Of a stretch of 64,000 nucleotides of DNA, positions 13,491 through 25,740 are shown piece after piece; position 1 is the stretch's first letter, and each line of letters starts with the position of its first letter. Position numbers and translations under genes: made by a program. The notes below the pieces were generated by a model. The model saw only the letters and a program-made list of their open reading frames with translations. It was not told the DNA's origin and searched no databases. Source of the stretch: Octopus sinensis (Eukaryota); NCBI RefSeq assembly GCF_006345805.1, contig NC_042997.1, positions 53,754,001 through 53,818,000 on the forward strand, in the 5' to 3' direction.

Positions 13491-13558
13491 TGATGTGGCA
13501 TAGACTAAGAAGAATCATTGTATTAGTGTGTACATGCCAGAATATTTACGGACACATA

Positions 13559-13722
13559 CCGTGTATGCCAAAGTATAAGACGTGCATCTTATAAAAGATT
13601 CTCATACGTCTAATGCAACCGTATTGGTGCGAGGATACAGAGTGTAATGGTGTATGATGAAACATGCTAAATTTGTATTTTTTACTTATGCGACAGTGTG
13701 TCTTATACAGCGGCAAATACAG
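13559..13722. mobile_element. Pogo/Tc2-type MITE
   Basis: TA-flanked imperfect TIRs: ccgtgtatgccaaagtataagac at the left and gtcttatacagcggcaaatacag at the right. Confidence 0.6.
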
Positions 13723-14482
13723 TACTTATTCTTATCGTAATTCCTAGGTTGAATCAGTGTGACGTATGGCATGCCAAACTGCCCATTTGAATTACAGATA
13801 CATTTCATCTGACAGAGTTTCAAACTGTTTCCATGGAACCAGTTTCATTCACAAGGCTGCTGTCGAAGCGGTATTATGATAGAAACAAGAACTGCCCAAG
13901 ATGCCGCGTAGTGACACGCTGAACAAGTATCTTTTCTTCCCAAGAAACCCGGTGCATCATGATTGCAAAACAAAAGCTAACTGTTCAATCATACCTGCAC
14001 CTGCTTAGACAAGCATATACGCAAGGACATTACCGTCTTAAGACATGAGCACACATGCCATTTGCTCAGGGGCCTCGTGGGCGTAGGAGTTCAATGCTAA
14101 TCTATATATGCTATCGCCTGCTATCAATAAAAAATACTACAGGGCCAGTGCATTGATTTGCCAAGGTGAGGTGGCGGGCTATAATGTTGGTAAGACAGCT
14201 CTGCGCAAGGACATTCGGTATTACACCCAAGCTAAGGTTTTTTCTTTTTTTTTTTTTGGTTTTGCTATCAACCCTCATGTTGAATGATCTGTAATTTGTG
14301 TAAAAATGATAACGCTGTGTGGCTCTAAAGGATATCTCGTGTTTTAGTGAAAATCAGTCAAAGCATCTGGCTTCTGTGATCTTGCTTTAAAGTGTATCAC
14401 TGGCTATCACCTCTGTAGAGATATCACACTGCTGGGGAGCTTTATTGCGTGTGCGCATGTGTGCGTGAGTGGGTGCGCGCAT

Positions 14483-14545
14483 CCAGGTGTATGTATACAC
14501 ACACACACACACACCACACACACACACACACACACATACACACAC

Positions 14546-14610
<65 letters not shown>

Positions 14611-14625
14611 GCACATACACGCACA
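14483..14625. repeat. (CA)n/(TA)n microsatellite
   Basis: Directly visible. It explains the HTHT/CVCV pseudo-ORFs here. Confidence 0.95.
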
Positions 14626-15699
14626 AACTATAACTTACACATTCTCTCCCTCACACCAAAGACCACCCCCAACTCACCATCATACTTTCTATCTGAGAGC
14701 TTATCGACCATTTGCGTGTATGTGTGTGTCCATATGAGAAAGAGAGGAAGATAAATATATAGATATTAGGCTTGATGTTTATACATATGGACACAGGCTC
14801 ATAAACAGACATAGATGTTTGGATGGATGTACATAAATACATATTCATACACATACACATACACACATTGTCTCTCACTTTCTCTGGCACACACATACAT
14901 ATACAAACATACATACCATCTCCCACCCTCTCTCTATCTCTCATGCACCCCATACAAATACATATTGTAGTAATGCAAGTAGTTTCCAATGTTTAGTTTC
15001 CAGTTTGCTTTTATTTACTCGTTTAAGAACTGCAGACATAAACATATGTTTTGTAAAATGCCCCACGATCAACATAATTTCCCGTTAAATAATCAGAATC
15101 TACGTGATTGTTTCTTTTCACTTCCGTTTTCATTTTAAAGGTGTCGACATAGGAAGCTGTTTGCTTAGATTTATTTTTGTTAAGGTTTGTCATAAAACTT
15201 ATTGCCCTTAGCCACTCAGAAAGATTGGACGTTTGTAAGCTAATGCTGGCGCTGGGTTTAGGTTACCAGAAGCGATATCAAATGAAGTGGTGTGTGTAAA
15301 TATTTGCGTCCTGACTTGATAAGCCAACCAAGCCATCGTGCCTTCTTTTGACACAAGCATCTTACTGCCGACTGGCCGACTGACTGGCCGACCGGCTGGG
15401 AGATGTATGTTAACACATTGAGACACGCCTGTGGGTTTTGCACAGATTGTTTTCTGAATTAGGCTGACCTCTACTAAAAAAAGAAAAAAATTATATTCAG
15501 GCAAGACCACACACACACATGAAAGAAAACAACCAAAAGTAGTTTAAAAATTGAAGGAAGGGGAATAAAAGGGCCGTTTGCTTCACACTTTAGTCATCTA
15601 TTTACTTGTAAAATTTATAGCCATGATCTGCATATACTATACAAACATAATAAATATGTATATAAATGTACTTATATGTCTGTGTATATATTTACATGT

Positions 15700-15784
15700 G
15701 TGCATACGTACATGCATGCATGCATCCATCCATCCATCTATACATACATACAAACATACATGCATACATACATACATACATACA

Positions 15785-15818
<34 letters not shown>

Positions 15819-15840
15819 CTTGTCCATACATACACACACA
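15700..15840. repeat. (TACA)n/(CATC)n microsatellite
   Basis: Directly visible. Confidence 0.95.
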
Positions 15841-15919
15841 TATATTTATAAATGTATATTTTTTTCTCTCTAGTTTCAGCTCAGAGCTGCGGCCATTCTG
15901 ATGCACCAACGTTTATATA

Positions 15920-17174
15920 CAAGGGTTAGACAAAATAAGGGAAACACCTTAAAATTTCAAACAAATTTATTTTAATGTGGGGTAGGACCAACTTTGGCAG
16001 TAATTACTGCTTGAATTCTACGAGGTATGGACTCGTACAAAGTTTGAATTGTTTCCAAAGGAATTTTTGTCCCTTCTTCAGCTACAACAGTCTTCGGTTC
16101 TTGTAGTAATGATGGTGAACGATATCGACTCCTTACTTGTTTTTCTAAAATGCACCATAAATGTTCAATTATATTGAGATATGGGGACTGTGGTGGCCAG
16201 GTAAGATTTTCAACTTCACTAGAATGTCCCTCGTGCCATTCAGTAACAAATTTAGCTGTGTGAATTGATGAATTTTCATCCTGAAAGATAGCATTTCCCA
16301 CCGGAAACAGTTCCGCAACTATAGGATGAATTTGATCAGATAAAATGCTGAAACAGTCTTGACTATTAATTCTGCCATGAAGGGAAACCATTGGGTCGGC
16401 GGATTTCCACGATATAGCCCAACCTCCAGATCATCACAGATCCTTCTCCATGTTTAACAGTTGGAAGAAGGCAGTTTGGGTCAAATGCTTCTTTTGGATG
16501 TCTCCACATCTATACTTGGCAGGTGGTCCGAAATAAGGTAAAAGACGACTTTTCCGAGAAAATAACATTCTTCCACTGCTCGAGGGACTAATTCTGTAGG
16601 TCTTTACTCCACTCTAAACGATTTGCAACGCTTATTTTTGAAAGTGGTGCTTTTTCTGATGGCAGCCCTCTCGTGAAATCCGGCTTTGTGCAGCTCCCGG
16701 TGAACAGTTTTTGTAGAAACTGCAGTAATTTTGCAAGCTATACTTTTGTGATCCTTTCTAATAATTTGCGGTCCCTATCTGAAAGTTTTGGTTTTCTTCC
16801 CGAGTTTGTTTCGACGAGGAGGATTTTCCCTTTCTAAAAGGCTGTCGTTACTTTCGAGACAGTACTTCTTAATAAACCAAACATTTCGGCTGTTTTCGTT
16901 ACACTAGCGCCTGCCATATGAGCACCTTACTTTGAAAGTCCGATAGATCTGTCATTTTAATGATCTTTGAAAGTCTGATAGATCTGTCATTTTAATGAAT
17001 TTTAATTACATTTTTCTGATGATATCTGAAAAGAAACCAACAATTTTAGCAAAACATATAATTACACTAATAATAAATCAAAAACATAAAAATAAACAAG
17101 CTTTTCATGGTTTTATAGGTATTTCAAAATGATGAGGCTAGGATGCTAGGTGTTTCGATTATTTTGTCCAACCC

Positions 17175-17177
<3 letters not shown>
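15920..17177 (-). mobile_element. Near full-length Tc1 element with inactivated transposase
   Basis: 29-bp TIRs (caagggttagacaaaataagggaaacacc and its mirror ggtgtttcgattattttgtccaacccctg) with TA on both sides. Minus-strand translation gives MTDLSDFQ...GAHMAGASVTKTAEMFG, FQDENSSIH and WPPQSPYLNIIEHLW, with stops and frameshifts. Confidence 0.92.
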
Positions 17178-17258
<81 letters not shown>

Positions 17259-17297
17259 TATATATATATATATATATATAATATAATATATATATAT

Positions 17298-17346
<49 letters not shown>

Positions 17347-17362
17347 ATATATATATGTATAT
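17178..17362. repeat. (TA)n microsatellite
   Basis: Directly visible and abuts the Tc1 right end. Confidence 0.95.
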
Positions 17363-17392
17363 AAATGAGAGAGAAACCGCTATTAAGCAATT

Positions 17393-17767
17393 CAATAGTG
17401 AAAGACGTTATTCACACCATACAGAAAAAATAAATATACTATAAAAACCTTATTCTAAAAATCAATAGAGTACATAAACAATAAATAGTAAATTGAGTAC
17501 GCGCGTTTCGTGGCTATATTTTCAAATAGATAATAATAATAAAATCAATTCAATTATTTTTAAATATAATTAATTTTAGATCGATTTAATTTTAAATTGA
17601 ATTGATTTTATTAGTATTATCTATTTGAAAATATAGCCACGAAACGCGCGTAGTCAATTTACTACTATTTACTATTTATTGTTTATGTACTTTATTGATT
17701 TTTAGAATAAGGTTTTTATAGTATATTTATTTTTTCTATATGGTGAGAACAACGTCTTTTACTATTG
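17393..17767. repeat. Long inverted repeat (~165-bp arms, ~40-bp spacer)
   Basis: caatagtgaaagacgtt...gcgcgtttcgtggctatattttcaaataga is mirrored by tctatttgaaaatatagccacgaaacgcgc...aacgtcttttactattg. Confidence 0.9.
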
Positions 17768-18299
17768 CCAGAGGCTGGAGCGCATTTGTGTGTGATTGTA
17801 CGGCAATCAATAGAATGGCTTTTCATTTAGATGTTGTCTACAATGTTTGTGTGTGCAGCAAATGTGGAAGCAATGTTCTATTGCAAGCCCCTCTCCAATT
17901 TTGTAGAGTGTCAATAAATGTTGATGCACTTCAAAATGGGTTTATTATTTAGACTTAGGAATGGAATACTTTCTAAAAGATTCCCCCAAAACTGGTGAAT
18001 TTAATGCGGTTGATAATCTGCTTGATGTTTGCTAATTTATGTTTGCAGGGAAAATATAGCGAGAGTAGAGTATCGTAACGAGTTACAGTTCTAATAGATA
18101 GGAGGATTTCAGCGCAGGAAACAGTAAAGACGATAAATATAAAGGCCAAGCATTGGATGACCTTCGTGATAAATTACATATAAAGTACACAAATATTAGT
18201 ATATATGTATTATTCATTGCTAGATTATAAGTGATACCGTTTATCTCGATTTTGGTACGGATGTGCCTGGAAGTTTATATGTCTAAACATCGTTGTAGG

Positions 18300-19230
18300 C
18301 AATGAGCCAAGTCATTGCCTTCCCCGATACTTCATGCATCAATTTACTCTGTAATCTATTTTTGTCTCAAAATTTCTTCACCTTTTTCCTTATCATTTTA
18401 CTCTTACATCCTTATTAATCTGTCTATCTGTTGTTCACATTGCATCGAGAACATCTGTCTTACATAATCTCTCTCTAAAGCCATTGTTTTCGGCAAATTC
18501 AACGTTGATAATTCATTTTGATTCTCACTCATCTCGTACATCTACCCAACTAGCTGGCTAGCTGAAAGTTGAGTCATTTTGAACTCAGCAAGTGTTAATA
18601 TTATTACCAATTCGTATCCCTGATCTACGCACAGACACTTTAAACAAGCTTGATCTCATTCCTATCTACAAATTCAGACTTTACCAAGCTAACACCTCTT
18701 AAGCCATTACTCACCACATATACACAGTACAACCCCACAGTACATCAGTCAATTAACTAGTAAGAACTCCACCAAATTTGGCTATTCTAGGCACCAAGTG
18801 TGCTCGCTTCTGATCCATCCAAGACCGTGAGTGAAGCAGGTGATCCAAACCATTTTCTAGGGTCTCATTACATTCCTCTCATAAACAAAGCCCATAATTC
18901 TACATTCACTAAGTAGATTACATGCAGTACTTCAGGCAAAGAAAATGGTCAATGATCTCTGTCTTCCACCCCACTAGCTGTGTGGCTTGTGTCCATTTCC
19001 ACAAAGAAGTGCTACAAAAACTAACGTCCTGAAAGCAAAATATGCATCGCACCTTCTGCAAGCATTCCAAAACGCACGAAAACCACTTTTCAAAATCCTT
19101 CCTACTCAGAAAATTGATACTCTGCAATTCCCCTCTTGAACAATAAGATTGGATCTGTCTTCTCTGAGAAGTGCTCAACAAATCGTGAAGCAGTCCGTCA
19201 GAAGACTCACCTTTTCTGCGCATCGAAGGC
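18300..19230 (+). mobile_element. Highly decayed CR1/L2-group LINE (APE and linker)
   Basis: Remnants resembling GDFN (ggcaaattcaac), TRIPD (attcgtatccctgat) and LDL (cttgatctc) occur in APE order, with many disruptions. Confidence 0.45.
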
Positions 19231-20876
19231 ATATAAGGAATGTGTTTTCATTCTTATAATTTACTACTACAGCTAAAGGCTTTCTAATGTTTAAGATATA
19301 TATATATATATAATATATATATATATAATATATATATTATATATATAATAATATATATATATATATATTGTATGTGATTGATACAGTGTTACGCATAAAG
19401 TACATAAAAATTATCAGTTAAGGGAAATAAGTTATCAATTAAAGGAAGCAAATGAGGAACTCCTCTTCGGAGAAGCGACCCATCAGGAAATTATCTACTC
19501 TATTTTCTGCATATCGTAAGAATAGAAGAATAATTTGTAGTTATAGCTTAAAGCTTTCTTATACCTAAAACTTATTTCACTCCTTTTCGGTGACGCTGTG
19601 CTCTGCATAAAATAGAATACATGCTTGCGTGCAGGCGCGCGCGCGCGCTAAAGCGTTGTCAGTTCTTTCTGGAAAAAATCGAGTGTGGTAAGACCTATAG
19701 AGAGATAAGACACACATTATTTCATGACGGTGCCCTTACAACTCTATCAAGGTGTTTACTGATAGATACAATCATATATGAATTAAATGAAGCACCGATA
19801 TAGCGGATATGATATTAACGTTATTAGGATAGAGTTACAATTAATATGTTTAATGCATATTTTTATAATAGCTTTGAAAACAACTGAAATTAATCACTGA
19901 GTGAACACAATTTGTCTTTCTGGCTGCTGAGAGCTTGTGGTTTAACCACGATGGTTATTTTACAGCAAGTCCACAAATGTCTATTAAATACATGACCCTT
20001 TACAACTTTTATGTTGCTTACTTTGTGTCGATGTAATTTTGTACACCCAGTTTATTAATAAGTAAAGCTATTTTTGTCAAGCTATGTAAATATGGTCTGG
20101 CCTAGACTTATACATATATTTATCATAAAGTAATTTTCACAATGCTTTCTTAGTAGATAGGTAGAGACTAATCGAATCCTGATGATGACTTTAACATAAG
20201 CCGAAACTAATTAATTAATCGACTTGATCTTCCTTGTTGAGAAGCTTGTAGCTTAACTATGGTTTTTTTTTTAACCGTATTATTGTAACTTTGTTTACAA
20301 TTTTGTGATGTATGTGTGAGTTTGTGGGTGTGTATGCACGCGTCACTCTTCTCCACCCAGTTCCACTCACGTCACACTACAAAAATTATACATAATTACT
20401 ATCTCTTTATATTCTAATCTGCTTTTGTTTCGTATTTCAAGTACTATTCAACAACGTACAAATAGTACTCAACAAGAGACAAGCACCACTCGCTGATAAT
20501 ACCCGTTACCTTCTGGTTCTTTTTGTCTTACCGCTTACTTTACTTGTTCCTTTATGTTTTCTTCTCTCTTTTTCCTCGAATCTTTCTCACCCTCTCTCAT
20601 TTATATAATTATGAAAAAGAAAAAAGTTTGGAGGCTTTCTTTTCGCAGCTGTGTGTATTCGTTTATGAAATAATTTCAGTCATTTCTATCATTTGACACA
20701 CGATTAAAGAAGTGTACTTTTGTTGCACTTAAGGAAAAGATGTAGAAGAACTGTAGCGTATCGTATAGTTAGAGTGATGATCAGCAACCGGTATTGCAAT
20801 GAGTCCCTAACTAAGACACATTAGTGCTAACAGTCCTTTCTACCGAGATATAAATTACATAAGATTGTGGGGAGAG

Positions 20877-21290
20877 TTGCAACTGGCAGAAACGTTAGCA
20901 CAGCGGGTGAAATGCTTAGCGGTATTTCGTCTGCCGCTACGTTCTGAGTTCAAATTCCGCCGAGGTCGACTTTGCCTTTCATCCTTTCAGGGTCGATAAA
21001 TTAAGTACCAGTTACTCACTGGGGTCGATATAATCGACTTAATCTGTTTGTCTGTCCTTGTTTGTCCCTTCTGTGTTTAGCCCCTTGTGGGTAATAAAGA
21101 AATAGGTATTTCGTCTGCCGCTACGTTCTGAGTTCAAATTCCGTCGAGGTCGACTTTGCCTTTCATCCTTTCGGGGTCGATAAATTAAGTACCAGTTACT
21201 CACTGGGGTCTATATAATCGACTTAATCTGTTTGTCTGTCCTTGTTTGTCCCCTCTGTGTTTAGCCCCTTGTGGGTGGTAAAGAAATAGG
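20877..21290 (+). mobile_element. SINE family A, head-to-tail partial dimer
   Basis: Unit 1 has A-box-like tggcagaaacgttag and B-box-like gagttcaaattcc. Unit 2 restarts at tatttcgtctgcc and lacks the head. Confidence 0.92.
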
Positions 21291-21329
21291 TTGTAGAGGA
21301 TGGTAATCATAGTGAGCATTCTGCAACAT

Positions 21330-21790
21330 GTGTTTCCTTATTTGCAAGGATATATTCAAATATTCCCGTAAGCAAGAACTTTAATGGTTTCATGAAAAGA
21401 AAGGAGTTACACCCATGTCCTACAGAAGCTCTAAGAGACTGTCGAGTTTCATGTTGTTGATGTTCACATTGAACAGTTACAAGTTGACAAGTGTAGGAAA
21501 AAACGTGAACAAGTAGTGAGTTCCAGAGGATTGGCGATTTGGATAGGAATGTAATTGCTTTGAGCCCTGGAAGTGACGACACAGTATGACTGACGGAAGA
21601 GGAGAGACAAATGTGTCGAATGAACTTAGCTAGCTCCGAGGCTCTGTGATAGAAAAGCAGAACGAGGAGACAGTGAATTTTTGGCTACAAGTTAACGTAT
21701 ATTAGTGAGTTAGTAAGTCGGGTGGATCTGGCGAGGTGCAGTCTAAAATGTATGCACAGCAACAGCTTCAATCCAGGTGTAAGAGAAAGT
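21330..21790 (-). mobile_element. 3' end of an L2/CR1-group LINE
   Basis: The minus strand reads ILWNSLLVHVFSYTCQLVTV, a decayed LWNSLP..VFP...NL..FK C-terminal motif. Confidence 0.55.
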
Positions 21791-22349
21791 TTTGTTTTTA
21801 TTTTTGTGAATCTCATTCGCTTAAGTATTTTCGGATTTTGAAAAGAAAGTCTAATCAACGAGTATTTTTCGTTGTTGTGAATGTAAGAATTGCCTAGAAA
21901 GATCACCAGACATTGAGGTCTTGCATTTGTAGCGTCTTCGATGGTAGCGTCTTCGATAGTTTACACTTGTAATTCAGTCGGCAATAAATATATAACTAGG
22001 GGTGCGCTATTTCGAGATATTAACCAAGTAGAAGCACCACTGATTGACTATGTTTTAAGCTGGAGTTTTTGCAACACATTCTTGTATGTGACACTTGCCT
22101 CTAAGAAGCGGTATATGACGTGCATTTGCTAACCGAAAATGAAAAGTAGGCGTCGACAAGAAGCATTAAATCCGTGAATAAAATTCTCCCAAATCATAAT
22201 TAAAATCTTGGATTCCATTCACAAAATAGTGATCCTGTTACTAACCAAAACAAAAATATCCTCAGAAAATAATAAACTAAGGATATTTTATAAAGAGAAA
22301 TATTTCATTTTCTGTCTCCAGAATTTTTGTTTCACGTTTTTAATGGTCT

Positions 22350-23150
22350 GGTAACTCCTTTCTCAGTGTCAACTGGTAACTGACCATTGCCAACATCGAA
22401 GTAAAACGACTGCGAACAGAATCGGGAAGAAATATCTATTATATGCAACTCACATGTTGGGAGAAAGATGAAGGTTTTCCTCTCACTTCCAAGTACAGGA
22501 TTCTTCGCGACATGCTCTTAATTCATCAGCAATTGTATCTATTAGAGTGGTTGAAATCACCAGACAGCAAAACTATAACTATTTCTATGACTTTACTGAG
22601 ATCTCGTATGATGCAAACGAAAGTCATAAATGCAAGTGTATAAGACATTGTGCACTTACCTCATATTTTCAATTTGACCTGCTTCAAAAACCCTGCTTTT
22701 TTTTTTTGTCTGAAATCAACCGAGAGTGAGTTGCAATTGTTGAATGTTATAAACACTTGCCTAAAAATCTCTTGATTGTGAGCTGCAGTTGCAATTCGTC
22801 CTGCAGAAGCTGCACAAAATCCTTGCCAGCTATGAACTGCATAGTATTTTTCAATGAAGTAGTTAAGTGCCTCTTTGTATATGACAAGGGTTAACTCTAG
22901 ATATAGGGATTATAATTTTTGTTGTAATTGGTACAGTATCTCTATTGCCATGCTGTATTTGTGGTTATGCCAAAATGCTGAGGACTGAGTAGTGAAAAGG
23001 CACAGAAAATGATAGCACAGTGACTCTTCATTTTGCATGGAGAATGCAAGCCTGAAAACACTTCCAATTGATATCTTTTCTGACACGTTTCGCGGTATTT
23101 TTCGCAGACATTAGCAGCTGTTTTTAGAACTTGAAATGGTCTGAGATTCA
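22350..23150 (+). mobile_element. Decayed hAT (Charlie/ZBED8-like) transposase relic
   Basis: attttgcatggagaa...aaaacacttccaattgat resembles HC.LHRE.L..KTLP, preceded by an AP.MLG-like remnant. Heavily frameshifted. Confidence 0.4.
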
Positions 23151-23159
23151 AATTTATTG

Positions 23160-23375
23160 CTAAATTTCGTAAGTTAATAGAATCGTTAACACGTCGGGCA
23201 AAATGCTTATCTACATTTCTTTCGGCTCTTTACTTTCTAAGTTCAAATCCCTCCGAAGTCAATTTTACCTTTCATCATTTCAGAGTTAATACAATAAAGC
23301 ACCAGTCACATACACCAGTGTAATCGACTAACACCCTCCACTCTTAAGATAGCAGGCCTTGTGCCAAAATTTCTA
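23160..23375 (+). mobile_element. Degenerate SINE family A copy
   Basis: cgggcaaaatgctta...aagttcaaatcc...gaagtcaattttacctttcatc matches family A. Confidence 0.7.
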
Positions 23376-23740
23376 AATTGCCGAAGTTTCTCTTTTTAAT
23401 ACTTTATCTTTAAGCGGTTTCAAATTCTTTAATCTTTCATTGTTTCTTATTTAAATTTGTATATAATGATGTCAGACTTTGTTTACTTCATTCACTCTAT
23501 TATTATCTGTAACAATTCTGGCAAGCTATTATATTTCACACAAAATTTACAGAAACTTTTTATTGGAACGCTAACATTAAAATCCCTCATGAAAAAAATG
23601 GTTGTACAGTTTCAGGTACTATGCAAAGAAAAATAATTTATTCTTTCATAGTTTCATGTTTAAAGTTATTCATGCTTCAAAATCAAATAATCTTTTTTAT
23701 TATTATTATTATTAGGTATTATAACCTACGAATGGAATTC

Positions 23741-24292
23741 TTTTACTCTTTTACATTTTTACTTGCTTCAGTCATTTGACTGCGGCCATGCTGGAGCACC
23801 GTCTTTAGTCGAGCAAATCAACCCCAGGAATTATTCTTTGTAAGCCTAGTATTAATTCTATCGGTCTCTTATGCCGAACCGCTAAGTTACGGGGAGGTTA
23901 ACACGCCGCCATCGGTTGTCAAGCGATGCTGGGGGGACAAACACAGACACACAACATATACACATACATACATACATACATACATACATACATACATACA
24001 TACATACATCTCTTTTACCATTCCCTCTTTGATTCAGCTCTCCTGTTTTTAAAAAACATTTTCCTCCTTTTTTACCACTTCCTTCTTTTTAGTATGTGAC
24101 CTCGTGAAGACTACCTGCAATTTTTTTTCCTCTGTCCTCCCGTCTCGGGATCTTTCTTTCTCCTATGTTTCCGACGAAGAGCTCCGCTCGAAACGTCATA
24201 CCCTCCTTCTTCCATTTTCCTGAGCGCCTAATAATAATAATACTGTAATTGTTCCACGTGTTGTTGTTGTTTCTGTTTTCCCGTTTGGATTA

Positions 24293-24324
<32 letters not shown>

Positions 24325-24480
24325 CGACGGGCTTCTTTCAGTTTCCGTCTACTAAATCCATTCACAAGGCTTTGTTGGCCCAAGGCTATAGTAGAAAACA
24401 CTTGCCCAAGGTGCCACGCAGTGGGACTGAACCCGGAACCATGTGTTTGGTAAGCAAGCTACTTACCACACAGCCACTCC
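23741..24480 (-). mobile_element. SINE family B copy interrupted by a ~290-bp insertion in its microsatellite
   Basis: Both halves align to 310-725. The extra sequence 24010-24298 lies between the (TACA)n and (TA)n tracts. Confidence 0.85.
24167..24201 (+). ncRNA. Candidate minimal type I hammerhead ribozyme (Penelope-like tail; dimer-dependent)
   Basis: Reads gttt CCGACGA a GAGC-tcc-GCTC GAAA CG TC atac. It has a variant core, a 4-bp stem II, a loopless palindromic ACGT stem III and an imperfect stem I. Confidence 0.45.
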
Positions 24481-24607
24481 GTTAATTTTTGAAATATTTA
24501 AGGCAGGGTGCTGGCAGAATCGCGAATCGTAAGTCGTGTTGGACAAAGTGATTTGCGGTATCTCTTCCAGACCTTTAATATTTCAAAGATTAACAGGGTT
24601 TAATATC

Positions 24608-24638
24608 TAATAATAATAATAATAATTATAATAATAAT

Positions 24639-24677
<39 letters not shown>

Positions 24678-24702
24678 TAATATTAATAATTATAATAATA
24701 AC
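24608..24702. repeat. (TAA)n microsatellite
   Basis: Directly visible. Confidence 0.95.
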
Positions 24703-25127
24703 ATTACTGTTTTCTTGGAGTATGAATAACTTTAAACATGAAACTATGAAATAATTTTTTTTTTAGTATAATATCTAAAACTTTACAATTCTGTTGATAT
24801 TGACTTTCCCTTTCACCTTTTGGGTGGGGGAAGGATCGATAAAGTACCAGTCAAATACTGGGGTTGATGTAGTCGACTCCTTCCCATTAAATTGCTTGCT
24901 TTCTACCAAAATTATAGATAATTTTTTTTTAATATTTACAATATAACGGAGCATTCTAAAAATTTACAATCCAACTTATAGAGTAAAAAAAAACTGAATA
25001 TTTTAGAAATATAAACAAATCAAAATGTGAAACAAGGAAATAATGTATTGTTTTCTGTCTTTCATGGTATTTCAAAGATGTGACTTACATATGAAAATTT
25101 TATAACGAGGCTGCTTCAAATTTGTAC

Positions 25128-25158
<31 letters not shown>

Positions 25159-25508
25159 ACACACAACACACACACATATACACGTGCACACAGGAGTGGC
25201 TGTTTGGTAAGTAGTTTGCACACACACATACACACACACAACACATGCATATACACATATTCATAAACGTACACCCAAGTGTGTGTGCGTCTGTGATAGA
25301 GAAATATAAAGGAAAAACTGAAAGAAAAAATAAAATAAAAAGTTTGATGTGACAAACAAACAACATTTCTATGCCTCACACCAATTCCCCTACTCAACTA
25401 CAACTCCCTTACAGTTAACAGTCTATCTACATTTCCTTTCTTGACACCTCTTTGTTTTCCTTAAAGGAAACCTCGGGCTTGAATTTTTTTGATTTTTGTT
25501 CTTATATA

Positions 25509-25740
25509 TATTTCTTTACTGACCACAGGGGGCTAAACATAGAGGGGACTAACAAGAACAGACAAAGGGATTAAGTAGATTACATCGACCCCAGTGCGAA
25601 ACAGGTACTTGATTTATCGACCCCGAAAGGATGAAAGGCAAAGTCGACCTCGACGGAATTTGAATTCAGAACGTAACGGCAGACGAAATACGGCTACGCA
25701 TTTCGCCCGGTGCGCAAACGTTTCTGCCAGCTCGCCACCT
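25509..25740 (-). mobile_element. SINE family A, full-length
   Basis: Complete from head (ctgccagctcgcc) to tail (tatttctttact..ccac), matching 45362-45594 and 54485-54722. Confidence 0.93.

Noticed and set aside
18800-18810. gtgctcgcttc, identical to the start of U6 snRNA
   Set aside because: Only 11 nt match, the downstream sequence is unrelated, and it lies inside a LINE relic.
20877-20960. tRNA gene (A/B-box-like motifs in SINE heads)
   Set aside because: No cloverleaf forms, and the boxes are embedded in multi-copy SINE bodies.
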